This document shows, piece after piece, positions 13,555 through 26,808 of a stretch of DNA of 64,000 nucleotides. Where the stretch lies: assembly GCA_052327205.1 (NCBI GenBank), contig CM126208.1, forward strand, positions 193,068,001-193,132,000. The letters run 5' to 3'. The DNA comes from Somniosus microcephalus (taxonomy: Eukaryota). Under the pieces are notes generated by a model that saw only the letters and a list, made by a program, of their open reading frames with translations, was not told the DNA's origin and searched no databases. How positions within the stretch are numbered: the first letter of the stretch is position 1; the number at the start of each line of letters is the position of its first letter. The translations under genes were made by a program, and so were the position numbers.

Positions 13555-15511
13555 AGATCCACGCTCAACGGCATGTGCCGCCACATGAACAATGTCGACC
13601 TTTCTCTTCAGCAGCACCGATGCACTCTATTTCAAAGCTGTCCGGGTCCACAGTTCCATTTCATCCTTCGACTCATCCGACGCTTCAACAAAAAACTTTT
13701 TTTCTTCCTTTCTGATGTCAAGGATCGCAAGCTTCATCAACTCTTGGACACTAACGCCCCTTCAGAACCTTCTTCCCCGTTACTTTCCTCTGATCCCATC
13801 CCTTCTTCCAATCTCACCCCCTGTCGTGTTTTCACTATCCCCTCTGACCTTCCCCTCTCTGACCCCGAACGATCAGTCCTCAGCAAAGGCCTGAGCTTCA
13901 TCCCCTTACGCCCCCATCTGAATGAATTTCGAGCTCGGCATGATGCTGAGCTCTTCTTCCATCGCCTTCGTCTCCGTGCCCACTTCTCTGGCCAGGAGTC
14001 TAACACTTTAACAGTTTCCAGTTTCCTGACCCCAACCATCTCCTTTTCACGATGGACATCCAATCCCTCTACACCTCCATCCTCCACCAGGACGGCCTTT
14101 GGGTGCTCTGTTTCTTCCTTGAACAGAGGCCCACCCAGTCCCCATCCACTACCACCATCCTCCGCCTGGCTGAACTTGTTCTCACATTCAACAACTTCTC
14201 CTTTGACTCCACTCCCTCCAAATTAAAGGTGTTGCTATGGGAACCCCCATGGGCCCTAGCTATGCCTGCCTGTTCATGGGATATGTGGAACATTCTTTGT
14301 TCCAGTCCTACTCAGGTCCCCTCCATCACCTCTTTTTCCAGTACATCGATGACTGACTGTATTGGTGCCATTTCCTGCTCTCGCCCTGAACTAGGTAAGT
14401 TCATTCACTTTACCTCCAATTTCCACCCTTCCCTCACCTTCACATGGTCCATCTCCGACTCTTCCCTTCCCTTCCTTGACTTCTCCGTCTTCATTTCTGG
14501 CGATCGGTTTTCGACAAACATCCACTACAAGCCCACCGACTCCCACAGCTACCTGGACTACACTTCCTCCCACCCCGCTTCCTGTAAGGACTCTATTCCA
14601 TTCTCCCAGTTTCTCCATCTCCGCTGCGTCTTTTCTGACGATGCCACCTTCCATACCAGTGCTTCCGACATGTCTTCCTTTTTCTTCAACCGAGGATTCC
14701 CCTCTACTGTGGTTGACATGGCCCTTGACCGTGTCCGTTCTATTTCCCGCACTTCTGCTCTCACCCCTTCCCCTCACTCCCAGAACCACGATAGGGTTCC
14801 CCTTGTCCTCACCTTTCACCCCACTAGCCTCCACATTCAACGGATCATCCTCCGCCATTTCCGCCACCTCCAACGTGATCCTACCACCAAACACATCTTC
14901 CCCTCACCTCCCCTTTCAGCATTCCGAAGGGACCACTCCCTCCGCGACACCCTGGTCCACTCCTCAAATCACCCCCAACAGCCCTTCTCCTACACCTGGC
15001 ACCTTCCCGTGCAAGCGCAGGAGATGCAACACATGCCCTTTTACCTCCTCCCTTCCCACTGTCCAGGGCCACAAACACCCCTTCCAGGTGAAACAGCGAT
15101 TTACTTGTACATCTTCCAATTTAATATACTATTGTGGCAGAGCCACTGAGGGAATCTGAACAACTGTACATAATTCCCTTTAATGATGTGTTAGCTACAG
15201 ACTAAATCTGTACCATTGTATATACTGTTTGCATGTACAGTGTGCGGCCCCTTTAAGAACGCGGGCAAACGCAATGACGTCATGCCGCTAATCACGTGAT
15301 CACCCAAACACGGGAAAAAGGTGATGACGTCATGACGCCATCCACGGGACCGCCCAAGCAGTCCTCGTGGAGCCTCCAACCTGTTAAGACCTGTATTCAT
15401 AGTTCTCTTGCATCAATCTGTTTAAACTCGTTAGTTTGACATTAAAAACCTTTTTGATTGATTGCCTGTGTCGAACTCAATCTCTAGATAGGAATTTGAC
15501 CATTCCTACAT

Positions 15512-15524
15512 TGGTGACCCCGAC
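15512..15524 (+). promoter_or_regulatory. Primer binding site, tRNA-Trp
   Basis: TGGTGACCCCGAC 1 nt downstream of the 5' LTR, complementary to the tRNA-Trp 3' end. Confidence 0.85.
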
Positions 15525-15557
15525 TTTTGTGAACGGATTTCGCAAAAGGAATGCAGC

Positions 15558-18500
15558 ATGGAGGCAAATGCCGTTTCCTTGAAGCTGCCGCAGTTCTGGG
15601 AGCAACAAGCAACCTCATGGTTCATCCAAGTTGAAGCCCAGTTCGCCCTGAGAGGCATCATTGAGGATCAGACCCGATACTTATACGTGGTCTCCGCACT
15701 CGATGGCTCTACCGCCTCGTGGATCGTCAGTCTTCTCGGGAATCCCCCAACTGACAGCAAGTATGAGACCCTCAAGGCGCGGTTGCTACAGGTTTTCGGG
15801 CTCACAAAATCAGAGTGCGCCCGTCGGCTGCTCGCTATGCCCGGGCTCGGGGACTCCAAACCTTCCGAGCTGATGAGCCAAATGCTCACACTCCTCGGCT
15901 CCGAACCAGAATGCTTTCTCTTCAGAGAGTTATTCCTCAGCCAATTACCGGAGCAAGTGCAAGCGGCCTTGGCGAGATCCGAGGTCGAAGACTGCGCAGC
16001 GCTCGCTGCCGAGGCAGACAAAATATTCGCAGTTACGCAACAGTACTGCGCTGCCATGAGGCGCCCATCCCCCACAGACGCCGCCCCAGCTCCTCAGCCC
16101 ACGGGGCTGTGCTTCTACCACACGTGGTTTGGCGTGAAGGCGAGATGTTGTCGCCCTCCCTGCAGCTTCTCTCAAAAAAAAAACAACAACTCCGTCCAAT
16201 GCAGAACGGGTCTAACGGGTGCCCCGCGGCCGCGATGGCAATGCAGGCAAGCTGCTCTTCATCACAGATACCCTCTCCGGTTGTCGGTTCCTGTGCGACA
16301 CCGGAGCACAGTGCAGCATTCTACCAGCGTCAGCTCTGGATGTACAGGCCGGGAAGCACGGCCTCCCCCTCGAAGCGGCTAATGGTGGAGCTATTCGGAT
16401 CTTCGGCAGACGGCGGGTCTAGGTGTGCTTCGGCGACCAGCGGCTTTTCTGGGAATTCGTTATGGCCAAGGTTTCGCAAGCCATTCTCGGTGCAGATTTC
16501 CTGTGCGCCAACGGCCTCCTGGTCGATGTAAGGAACCGGCGGCTGATCAACGCGGCCACGTTTCACTCTATCATTTGCCACCATAGTAACACCATGTCGC
16601 GCACCGTCTCCTGCGCTTTCCCGACTCCGAATGAGTTCGCTCGCCTGCTAGGCGAATTTCCAGACCTGACCAGGCCCACGTTCTCCTCCGCGGCCACGAA
16701 GCATGGTGTGGAACACCACATCACCACCACCGGCCCCCCGGTCCACGTGCGGGCCTGCCGCCTTGAACCTGGCAAGCTAGCGGTCGCGAAGATGGAGTTC
16801 GCTACAATGGAACGCTTAGGGATTATTCGCAGGCCGAATAGTCCCTGGTCTTCACCTCTTCACATCGTTCCAAAACCTGGCGGAGGATGGCGGCCCTGCG
16901 GCGACTATCGGCGCCTAAACGCCGCCACCACTCCTGATCGATACCCGATCCCCCACATTCAGGATTTCTCTGCCCATTTGGCAGGAAACAATTTCTTCTC
17001 CAAGGTCGACCTCGTCCGGGGCTACCACCAGGTCCCGGTGCACCCGCAGGACATCCAGAAGACCGCAGTCATCACCCCATTCGGCCTTTTTGAATTTCTG
17101 CGCATGCCTTTCGGCTTAAAGAACGCTGCCCAGGCTTTCCAACGCCTGATGTATTCCGTGCTGCGGGACCTCAACTTCATCTTCATCAATCTGGATGACA
17201 TTTTGGTCGCCAGCCCCACCAAAGAGGAGCATCTTTGCCATCTGCGCACCCTTTTTCAACGCCTCAGCCAACACGGCCTGATTATCAACCCGGCTAAGTG
17301 CCAGTTTGGCCTGCGACAAATCGATTTCCTGGGGCATCGCATCACCGCAGAGGGAGCAGTTCCCTTGCAGGCGAAGGTGGAGGCGGTGATACACTTCCCA
17401 CACCCGCAGAACAGAAAGGCTCTGCAAGAATTCCTAGGCATGGTGAACTTCTTACCACCGTTTCGTGCCTAGGGCAGCACTGCTCATGCAGCCCCTGTAC
17501 GAGGCCCTCAAGAGCAAGTCCAGCAAGGATCCGGTGGGCTGGACAGTTGACATGGACCGGGCATTCACCGACACCAAGAGCGCCTTGGCCAACGCGACCA
17601 TGCTGGTGCACCCGCTACCAGGAGCCACCATCGCCCTCACCACCGACGCGTCCGATTACGCAATCGGCGCCATTCAGGGGCAGTGGGTAAACGGGACGTG
17701 GCAGCCGTTGGCATTCTTCAGCCGTCAACTGTGGCGTAATGAGCGGGCGTACAGTACTTTCGGCAGGGAGTTGCTAGCCCTTTTTCTGGCCATCCGCCAT
17801 TTCCGGTTCTTGTTGGAAGGCCGTCCTTTCACCGCTTTCGTCAACCATAAGCCACTGACTTTTGCCATGGCCAAGACCGCCGAACCGTGGTCACCTCGAC
17901 AACAACGTCAGCTGACATACATCTCCGAATTTACCACAGATATTCAGCACGTGGCCAGTAAAGACAACCTGGTGGCAGATTGCCTCTCCCGCGCGACCGT
18001 GCATGCGGTCCAGCTGGGCATCGACTACGCCCTCATGGCAGCAGACCAAGTCTCAGACCCAGAAGTGCAGGCTTACCGCACCAACACCACTAGCCTCCAG
18101 TTGGCCGACGTCAGGTTCCATTCGGCTGGTACCACGTTGCTGTGTGACGTCTCTGTTAGGGACCCTCGCCCTATTGTGCCGGTCGCCTGGCGCCGCAAGG
18201 TGTTTGACGCCATACATGGGTTGTCACACCCAGGAATGAAGGCTTCTCAGAAGCTTATGTCATCTAAGTTCATTTGGTGGGGCATGCATAAAGATGTCCG
18301 TGACTGGGCCAACACCTGCGTGGTCTGCCAAAAGGCCAAGGTACAGCGCCACGTCAAGGCTCCATTGGCCACCTTTGCAGTTCCTGAGCGACGGTTTGAC
18401 CACGTTAAAGTGGACCTGGTAGGAGCACTTCCACCTTCCCATGGTTTTATGCACATCCTGATCATAGCAGATCACACCACCAGATGGCTGGAGGTGGTTC

Positions 18501-19374
18501 CCCTGTCATCTACTACATCGGCGGACGTGGCTAGGGTGTTCATCTCTTCATGGGTCGCCCATTTTGGAGTGCCTGCTGACATCTCTTCGGACCGGGAACC
18601 GCAGTTTTCCTCTGAACTCTGGAATGCGGTGGCTCAGCGACTCGGTGTCAAGTTACACCGCACCACAGCCTACCACCCACAAGCGAACGGTCTGTGCGAA
18701 CGTTTTCACAGATCACTTAAGGCCGCACTGAGGGCCAGCCTCCAAGACGCTGGATGGGCAGACAAGCTGTCGTGGGTCATGTTGGGCCTTCGCACGGCCC
18801 CCAAGGAAGATCTTCGCTCTTCCGCGGCAGAGCTCATTTATGGTCAGCCACTGCAAGTGCCAGAGGATTTCTTGCCAACACCAACGGAGCCATGGTCCGC
18901 CTCACGCCAGCTTATCAGTCACCAGGAAGCAGCCAGATGTTTCGCGCCGGTTCCCACATTGCATCACGGGTTTCAGGGCTCTCACGTTCCAGCGGAGCTG
19001 AACCAAGCTGACTACGTGTTCACCTGCCACGATGCTCACCAGGATCCACTCAAGCCCCCATACACTGGTCCTTTCCGCATGTTAGAGGCAGGAGACAAAA
19101 CCTTCAAGGTGGATGTCGGTGGTAAACCGGACCACATTTCGGTCGACCATTTGAAGCCGGCACACCTGGACCTCGACCGTCCCGTCGAGACTGCACAGCC
19201 ACCGAGACGAGGTCGGCCGCCCACCGTCGTCACGCCAGAACAAGTGCAACCACCCGCCAGTCCGCCCGCCGTCCAACAGCTTCCGCTTCGGGAATACAGG
19301 AGTCGTTCTGACAGGCTTGTCAGACCCCCTCACCGTTTGACTTTTTCCGTTAAAGACAATTCTGGGGGGGCGCA
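15558..19374 (+). pseudogene. gag-pol (Gag, protease, RT, RNase H, integrase) with a stop and frameshifts
   Basis: LKLPQFW gag start; CFYH...CRPPC; LCDTGA; LDDILV; TDASDYAIGA; HGLSHPG...CVVC; TTAYHPQANGLCER; PYTGPF. TAG at 16420-16422 and frameshift near 17455. Confidence 0.93.
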
Positions 19375-20194
19375 TGTGGCAGAGCCACTGAGGGACTCTG
19401 AACAACTGTACATAATTCCCTTTAACGATGTGTTAGCTACAGACTAAATCTGTACCATTGTATATACTGTTTGCATGTACAGTGTGCGGCCCCTTTAAGA
19501 GCGCGGGCAAACGCGATGACGTCATGCCGCTAATCACGTGATCACCCAAACGCGGGAAAAACGTGATGACGTCATGACGCCATCCACGGGACCGCCCAAG
19601 CAGTCCTCGTGGAGCCTCCAACCTGTTAAGACCTGTATTCATAGTTCTCTTGCATCAATCTGTTTAAACTCGTTAGTTTGACATTAAAAGCCTTTTTGAT
19701 TGATTGCCTGCGTCGAACTCAATCTCTAGATAGGAATTTGACCATACCTACACTGTATTCGCTGCTCACGATGCGGTCTCCTCTACATTGGGGAGACCAA
19801 ATGCAGATTGGGCGACCGCTTTGCGGAACACCTCCGTTCAGTCCGTAAGGGTGACCCTGAGCTTCCGGTCGCCTGTCACTTTAATTCTCCACTTCACTCC
19901 CACTCTGATCTCTCTGTCCTCGGCCTATTACATTGTTCTAATGAAGCTCAACGTAAGCTCGAGGAACAGCAGCTCATCTTTTGATTAGGCACTTTACAGC
20001 CTGCCGGACTCAACATTGAGTTCAACAATTTCAGATAATAATCCCTGCCCCCATTTTTCATGCAGTATGATTTTGCCATTCCCATTTGCAACATTTTCAC
20101 AGCATGTTCTTTCAATTCCTTCCTCCCCTCCTAAACCACACCCCCCCCACCTGTCTCTGCACCTGCTTAATATCTGTTACATTTCCAGCTTTTT

Positions 20195-20236
20195 CCAGTT
20201 CTGATGAAGGGTCCCAGACCTGAAACGTTAACTCTG
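20195..20236 (+). ncRNA. Minimal type I hammerhead ribozyme in the Penelope 3' repeat
   Basis: AGTT-CTGATGA-stem II (GGTC/GACC)-GAAA-CGTT-AACT; palindromic stem III; GUU cleavage triplet. Confidence 0.75.
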
Positions 20237-20883
20237 TTTCTCTCTCCACGGATGCTCAAATCAAAAAATCAAATCAACTTTTATTGTCATTGTTAGTGCA
20301 CAAGTGCAGTACAACGAAATGTAGGCTTGCAGCTCCCAAGAGTATACATTTAGATTAAGACATTTAAACATTCAACATACATAGGCCTAGAAATTCAGTG
20401 GGTTGCGCCAGCCGCTAACGCCATAAAAGGGCTATATTTCCGGCGCTAGACACTTAGCGCCTGAACGCAGTCCGATCTGCGCCGATGCCCAAATTCAGTT
20501 GACATTTAGCGCCGGCGCAAAGTGTTTGCGCCCGCTCAGGTGCGCGCGCAGCTTATGACGTCATATCGTCGCGCAACGCTGTTTGTGCGCCCCAAACCGG
20601 AAATTCAGTGGCGCCCGCCCAATGTGGGCGTGGCGCTGCTAAGAACTGTGAGGTGGAACGCAAAAGAGGCCCTGTGGGCCTCAGGGAGCGCAAATTAAAG
20701 GGCACTTACACTGACCTATAAAGCCCAGCCATTTTGCTGCAATGACTTTACTGCTTTGGATTTCTGGACAGAGACCAAGGGACAAAGGTTACAGATTTGG
20801 GACAACATAGGAGAGGTATTTTTGGCTTCTGGCCAGTGCTTTGACATTTGATTCATTGTGATTTATCTGTTCTCAACTTTATT

Positions 20884-22029
20884 ATGGGGGCTGTATGGGG
20901 GGCCAACCCTCAGTTGCAGCATTATGTGCGAAGGGCTCGCAGACGCTGTGAGAAAGGGCCAGCCATGCCGAGACGCAGAGGGGCCATCAGGCGTCGGCAA
21001 CGTAGGCCTTACCCACTCAGGCAATACCGGCAGCAGGTGTCCTATCTCACCATGACTGCGGCGCATTGTGTGAAGAGGCTGCGCTTCAGAAGGGAGGTGG
21101 TTGCAGAGATCTGCCAGCTGCTTCACACAGATCTGCGTCCACAGCTGATGTGCAGGACGTCTCTCTCGGTGGAAGTGAAGGTCACGGTGGCTCTGAACTT
21201 TTATGCAAGCGGCTCCTTCCAAGCCGTTGCTGCGGACATAGCGAACATCTCCCAGTTCGCCGCGCATCGCTGCATCCGGCAGGTCACCGATGCACTTTAC
21301 GCGAGGAGACACCAATTCATCTCCTTCCCCATGACCCGACAGAGGCAGGAGCAGTGTGCAGTCGGATTTGGCAGGATCGCGGGCTTCCCCATGGTGCAGG
21401 GCGCCATTGACTGCACGCATGTGGCTATGCGGGCACCTATCCACAATGCCGAGGATTACCGCAACCGGAAGGGCTACCATTCCCTAAATGTACAGCTGGT
21501 GTGTGACCACAGGCAGCGCATCCTAGCTGTCAATGCCCACTTCCCAGGAAGCAGCCACGATGCATTTATCCTGCGCCAGACTACTGTGGCTGACATGTTC
21601 CAGGCACAGCCTCCACCAAGGGGATGGCTTATCGGGGACAAGGGCTACCCTTTGTGTACATGGCTCATGACCCTGCTCCGCGCGCCCAGGACCCCAGCGG
21701 AGGAGGCATACAACGAAAGCCATCAAGCCACAAGGAACATCATCGAGCAAACGATAGGCGTCCTCAAGTAACGGTTCCGCTGCCTGGATCGTTCCGGAGG
21801 ATCTCTTCAGTATTCGCCGGATAGAGTCTCCCAGTTCGTCGTCGTGTGCTGCATGCTGCACAACCTGGCTATCCGCAGGACTCAGGCACTGCCACCTGGC
21901 ATTGCACCACCACCTCAGGAGGACGAGCAGGAGGAGGAGGAGGAGGAGGAGGAGGAGGAGGACCAGCCCAGGAGGGAGCGACAAGGGCCAAGGGCCGTCC
22001 GCCGGGGACTTATTGATCGACACTTCTAG
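20884..22029 (+). pseudogene. Harbinger DDE transposase with a single nonsense codon
   Basis: GAIDCTH, GSSHDA, GDKGY, IEQTIG and CCMLHN all in one frame; TAA at 21769-21771 replaces Q of LKQRF. Confidence 0.93.
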
Positions 22030-22434
22030 GCCCCCTGTCAGGGAATGGCCTGTGGCAATGAACGCACCTGAGGCAGCCGCTCCGCAAGCCCTCAGCCGGT
22101 AAACGCAACAACCACTTCAAACATGACACCTGGACATGCTGAATAAATCAAAAGCTTTATTTCACAAACTCAGGGCCCTTCCCACATGAAACAGAAAAAC
22201 AGACAAGACCCCCAAAAAACAGTCAAAAACATCTGTCACTCCCAAAACCTGGGGAGGATTAACAAAACTTGCCCATCCAAAAGGCCTTCAACAGCGGCCT
22301 TACAAAAATAAGCCCCCCCCACAACAGAGACACCCCCATGAAAACAAAAAATGCCTTGATCCTCGGCCTTAACAAAATAATGCCCCCCACAACACAAGCC
22401 CCCCCAATATAAAAGAAACCGCTCTCACCACACT

Positions 22435-24506
22435 CTAATGGGTGTGCCGAGAGGGCGAGTCCTTAGACAGGCTTCTCCGGCCCCTGGCTGACCTGCTGCT
22501 CCGCCTCAACCTGGGCCCTGTGGGTGTGGCGAGGCTGGGGGAAGGCTCATGAGGGCCACAAAGCGTGTCGGCAGATGCCCTTGGGGGTCGGCCTAGACGA
22601 GGCCTGGCCCGGGAGGGGCCAGCTGCTGACTGCTGCAGCTGTGGCTGGGCAGCATCAGTCTTAGCAGCAGCTCGTCGCACCTTGGCTGGGGGAGTGGCAG
22701 TGTCGGCAGCACCATTGGGGGCAAGCTGGCTGATGGCAGGTGCGCGCTGCTCGCCAGAGACACTGGCACTCGGCCGGGCTGGCAGTGTAGCAAGCGCAGC
22801 AATCTGGGGGAGGCCAGACCGCTGTGCTGCAGCAGGGCGGCGGGTGCCATGGCGATGCCTCCGTGCCACAGCGAGTGGCAGAAGTGAGTGCCCGAACTGG
22901 CCTGGTATGTGCCCGCATCAGCTCTGCCAGTGTGTGGACGGCACCACTCATCTCGCGAGTCGCGTCCTGCGTTGCCGCCAGTTGCTGCACACCCGCGTCC
23001 TGCGCTGCCGCGAGTTGCTGCACACCCCTGTCGTGCGCTGCGGCCAGTTGCTGGACACCCCTGTCGTGCGCTGCCGTGAGTTGTTCGAACCCCCTGGCCT
23101 GTGATTCCCCGAAAGCCACCACACTCTGAGCCAGGGACTCAATGGCGTGAGGCATCTGTTCGACCACCCCCATGAACTCTTGGTGGCGCCGCTCAGACGC
23201 CGCCGACATCTCATCGAGGACGCGCACCTCCTGGGCGAGGACCGTGTCCGGACTGGAGGGCGGACTCTCCCTCCGGGGAGAAGGCCGCCGAGCTGGCCGA
23301 CCCTTCCCGCGTGCATCAACCCCACTTGGGCCAGGTTCTGCCCTCCCCTCCAACACCTCCCCCCTCTGGGCAGAAGGCCGGCGTGCTGCCGGACCCTTCC
23401 CGCGTGCGTCCACCCTACTGGGACCAGCTTCGGCCCTCCCCTCCAACACCTCCCCCGGCTCTCCTGCAGGCCAGACGTCTCCCCTCCATTGCCATCCCCT
23501 GGCGCGGAGGAGGGATCCCCCGATGTGCCGCCTTCCTCCTGGTCCTCGACGTCCTCCTCCTCCAAGGGCCTGGCTCTCTGCGCTTCAGGGACCACCTCCT
23601 CCTCACCAGCTGAAAGCAGGAAGGCACAAGAGTAGCTTTAGAGTGAGGACAGGCCGTCAGCGAGGGAGGCCTGAGTGGTGCATTATGCGCATTTGTCGGT
23701 CAGTGGGAAAGGATGTAGATCTGAAGCGCGAGGGCAACGAGAGAGGTGTAACCGGTCATGTCCTTACCAGTGGGTACCAGTACAGGGTCCGCCTCACCGA
23801 TCGCGACAGGGCCAGTCACCCGGCCACGCATGAGTCGTGCCACGCTCTCTTCCAGATCAGTGAGCGCCTGGTACTCGGGACGGCCTCCACCAGTGACAGC
23901 CTGGCTCCTTACATTGCTCGCCAGCTTGGCCTGCAAGAGAAAGGACGGCCTCTAAGAACAGTGTGGTGCCCTGTCGCTGTGTGCACTGCCTCCCATGGTG
24001 GAATAGCTTGGCCAGTGTGGTGCCCTGTCACTGGGTGCACTGCCTCCCATGGTGGAATAGCTTGGCCAGTGTGGTGCCCTGTTGCTGGGTGCACTGCCTC
24101 CCATGGTCGAATAGCTTGGCCAGTGTGTTAAGTGCAGAAAGTGCTATTGATGAACATGCAAGTGCCATTGCTGCGGGAGGAGGGCTGCCCATTAGGCCCT
24201 TGAGGTCCCTTTGCCCATAATGTGAGGTGCACATGCAAGGATGAGGGGGACACTGGAAAGGGTACTCACCTTCACCATCCGAGTGAGGTCGTTGAACTTC
24301 TTGCGGCATTGGTCCGCACTCCTGGGGACATCACAGGTGGATGACACCCTGCGGGCGATTTTGCCCCAGGCTCTCCTGTACTGGCTCCTGGGAGCCTTCC
24401 TGCCACTGTCCGGGCACAGGATCTCTCTTCTCTTCTCCACACCATGAATGAGCACACTCAGAGCATGCTCTGAGAAGCGCTGCGCTCGCTCACGGGCCCT
24501 CTCCAT
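22435..24506 (-). pseudogene. Harbinger Myb/SANT gene, 3 exons (24506-24270, 23930-23768, 23609-22435)
   Basis: MERARERAQRFSE...QCRKKFNDL; canonical splice sites; two frameshifts in exon 3; 33-bp and ~90-bp coding repeats. Confidence 0.88.
23959..24126 (-). repeat. 54-bp tandem repeat x3 in Myb intron 1
   Basis: CAGTGTGGTGCCCTGT...GTGCACTGCCTCCCATGGTGGAATAGCTTGGC repeated three times. Confidence 0.95.
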
Positions 24507-26808
24507 TGCTCCAGGTGCTATTTTGGCACACCAGTAGTGCGGAGGCCTAGCTGCAGGGCTCCAGTATGCAGGGCGTGGCAGCAGTCAAAGTTGACCCTTC
24601 CCCCTTTAAGAGCTGGCCGGCGTCAGAGTGTCTGCTGTCAATCAAAACATGACCGCACCTGCGCTGCGCCCGGCTTCGGCGTTATTAGGCCGCATCGCCG
24701 GCTTAGCGCCGGAACACAGCATTTCAACGCCAGTTTCAGCGCTCGGCCAAACTTAGGGCCAACTCTACTGAATTTCGGCGATGTGGCCTACACTTTCCGG
24801 CGGCCGCTAACTTTAGCGAGCGCCCGACTTTAGCGCCCCAAAAGTGTCCAGACTGAATTTCTAGGCCATAATGTATTCAGCTTGTAATACATTAACATAA
24901 ACATAATCATAATAAAGTGCATTGGCAGATGTGCAGGCTTTAGAGTTTATTTGTGGAGTTCAGTAGGATGACAGCCCTGGGAAAGAAGCTGTTCCTAAAT
25001 CTGGTCGTACGGGTGCGAATGCATCTGTAGCGTCTCCCAGATGGCAGGAGGGCGAACAGACTGTGGCTGGGGTGGGTAGGGTCTTTGATGATGGACCGTG
25101 ACCTCCGTAAACAGCGTTTCTGGTATATGTGCTCTATGGTCAGTAGCCGGGTGCCGGTAATGCGTTGGGCAGTTTTGACTACCCGCTGCAGGGCTTTCCG
25201 GTCATAGTAGCTACAGCTGCCATACCATACTGTGATAGTTTGTCAGGATGCTCTCTATTGTGCAGCGGTAAAAGTTAGAGAGGATCAGGGGTGACAGGTT
25301 ACATCCCTTCAGCCTCCTTAGGAAATATAGGCGCTGCTGGGCCTTCTTCACCAGAGAGGAGGTATTGAGGGACCAGGAGAGGTCTTCCGTGATGTGGACT
25401 CCGAGGAACTTAAAGCTGTCCACCCTTTCCACCACAGCCCCATTGATGTGGATGTGGGTGTGACTTCCGCCTTTAGACTTCCTGAAGTTCACAATGATTT
25501 CTTTGGTTTTCTTGATGTTAAGGGCCATGTTGTTATCGGCGCACCACTTCACGAGATGCTGGACCTCCTCCCTGTAGGCTGACTCATCGTTGTTGGTGAT
25601 CTGGCCTACTACCGTGATATCATCTGCAAACTTGATGATGGTGTTGGAACCATGAACAGCCACACAGTCGTGGGTGAAGAGGGAGTAGAGGAGGGGGCTC
25701 AGCACACATCCTTGTGGGGCCCCCATGTTCAGGGTCGGGGGGGGGGGAGGTGTGGTTACCTAATTTGACAGACTGGGGTCTGTTTGTTAGGAAGTCCAGG
25801 GTCCAGTTGCAGAGGGAAGTGTTCAGGCCAAGAGTTTGGAGTTTGGTGGCCAGCTTGTTGGGGACGATAGTGTTGAATGCTGAGCTGTAGTCTATGAACA
25901 GCATTCTGATGTAGGTCTCCTTACCATCTAAGTGATTCAGTGCCGAGTGTAGAGCAGTTGTGATTGCATCCTCCGTTGATCTGTTTGCACGATAGGCAAA
26001 CTGGTGTTGGTCAAGAGAGGCGGGAACACTGGCTTTGATGTGAGCCAGGACCAGTCTCTCGAAACACTTCATTATGATGGGTGTGAGTGCGACAGTTCGA
26101 TAGTCGTTCAGGCACGTCACAGCTGTTTGTTTTGGCACAGGAATAATGGTAGCGGTCTTGAAGCATGTAGGGTCTACTGCCTGGGCCAATGACAGATTGA
26201 AGATGGCGGTGAAGACATCAGCCAGCTGATCAGCACATTCCTTGAGTACCCGTCCAGGGATGCTATCCGGTCCAGCAGCCTTTCGTGTGTTCACTCCGCG
26301 TAGAACACTCTTTACATCGGAGGTCGACAGAGCGAGCACCTGGTCTTCCAGGGGTGGCAAGCCTTTGGTAGCCGGCTCCCTGTTGTCCCTGTCGAAGCGA
26401 GCGTAGAAGTTGTTAAGCTCCTCCGGAAGGGAGGCATCGCTAACCGGGGGGCTGGTGTTTTTGCCCTTGTAGTCAGTGATGGACTGGATGCCTTGCCACA
26501 TGCGCCGGGGGTCCGAGTTGTTGTGGAAATGATCCTCTATCTGCAGTGTCTGTTTCCTTTTGGCAGTCCTGATACCCTTTTTTAGGTTGGTCCTAGCTGC
26601 ACTGTAAGCCGCCGCGTCGCCAGATTTAAATGCTGCGTCGCGTGCTTTCAACTGCCTGGCCTGCTGAGTATATCCAGCATTTTCTGTTGTTATTTCAAAA
26701 TGTACATGTTTGGTCTTTGCACTCATTGTTGCCTTGACCAGCTTAGGGGTTGCGGGATGGTTTCATTCAGGTTGTTTGAATGGCAGAAGCCATTCCCTCA
26801 GAGGGGGC

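Larger units (their letters stand above)
15133..19752 (+). mobile_element. Ty3/Gypsy LTR retrotransposon, CsRn1/Kabuki-like, full length but decayed
   Basis: 378-bp LTRs 15133-15510 and 19375-19752 (about 9 differences by eye). PBS TGGTGACCCCGAC (tRNA-Trp), G-rich PPT, TSD CTAT/CTGT, CHCC gag knuckle. Confidence 0.95.
20384..24867. mobile_element. Full-length Harbinger element C (4484 bp)
   Basis: Perfect TIRs GGCCTAGAAATTCAGT, TSD ATA/ATA, convergent transposase (+) and Myb (-) genes. Confidence 0.96.
20257..26653 (-). mobile_element. Rex1/Babar LINE, 5'-truncated, interrupted by Harbinger C
   Basis: [65 protein letters not shown]. 3' end AATAAA plus (GATTT)n-like tail at 20257-20286. Frameshift in a G-run near 25740. 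Confidence 0.92.
12965..26693 (+). mobile_element. Penelope-like element (Neptune-type), interrupted by a solo LTR, a Gypsy element and Rex1
   Basis: 14-bp TSD TTCAAAATGTACAT (12951-12964 / 26694-26707). RT motifs MDIQSLYTSI, MGPSYACLFMG and YIDD; Cys linker PCKRRRCNTC; GIY-YIG motif split by the Gypsy insertion. 3' end GATGCT|GCCTGGCCTGCTGAG is split by Rex1. Confidence 0.9.

Noticed and set aside
16172-16216. Programmed frameshift or readthrough at the Gypsy gag-pol junction
   Set aside because: The A-run could be a slippery site, but in this decayed copy the frames do not fit a clean -1 shift and the homopolymer length is unreliable.
20848-22029. Domesticated HARBI1/NAIF1 host genes
   Set aside because: Flanked by TIRs and TSDs, multiple related copies occur in the window, and they carry inactivating mutations.
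23959-24126. CRISPR-like array
   Set aside because: Whole units are near-identical with no unique spacers, there are no cas genes, and the array sits in a eukaryotic intron; it is a minisatellite.
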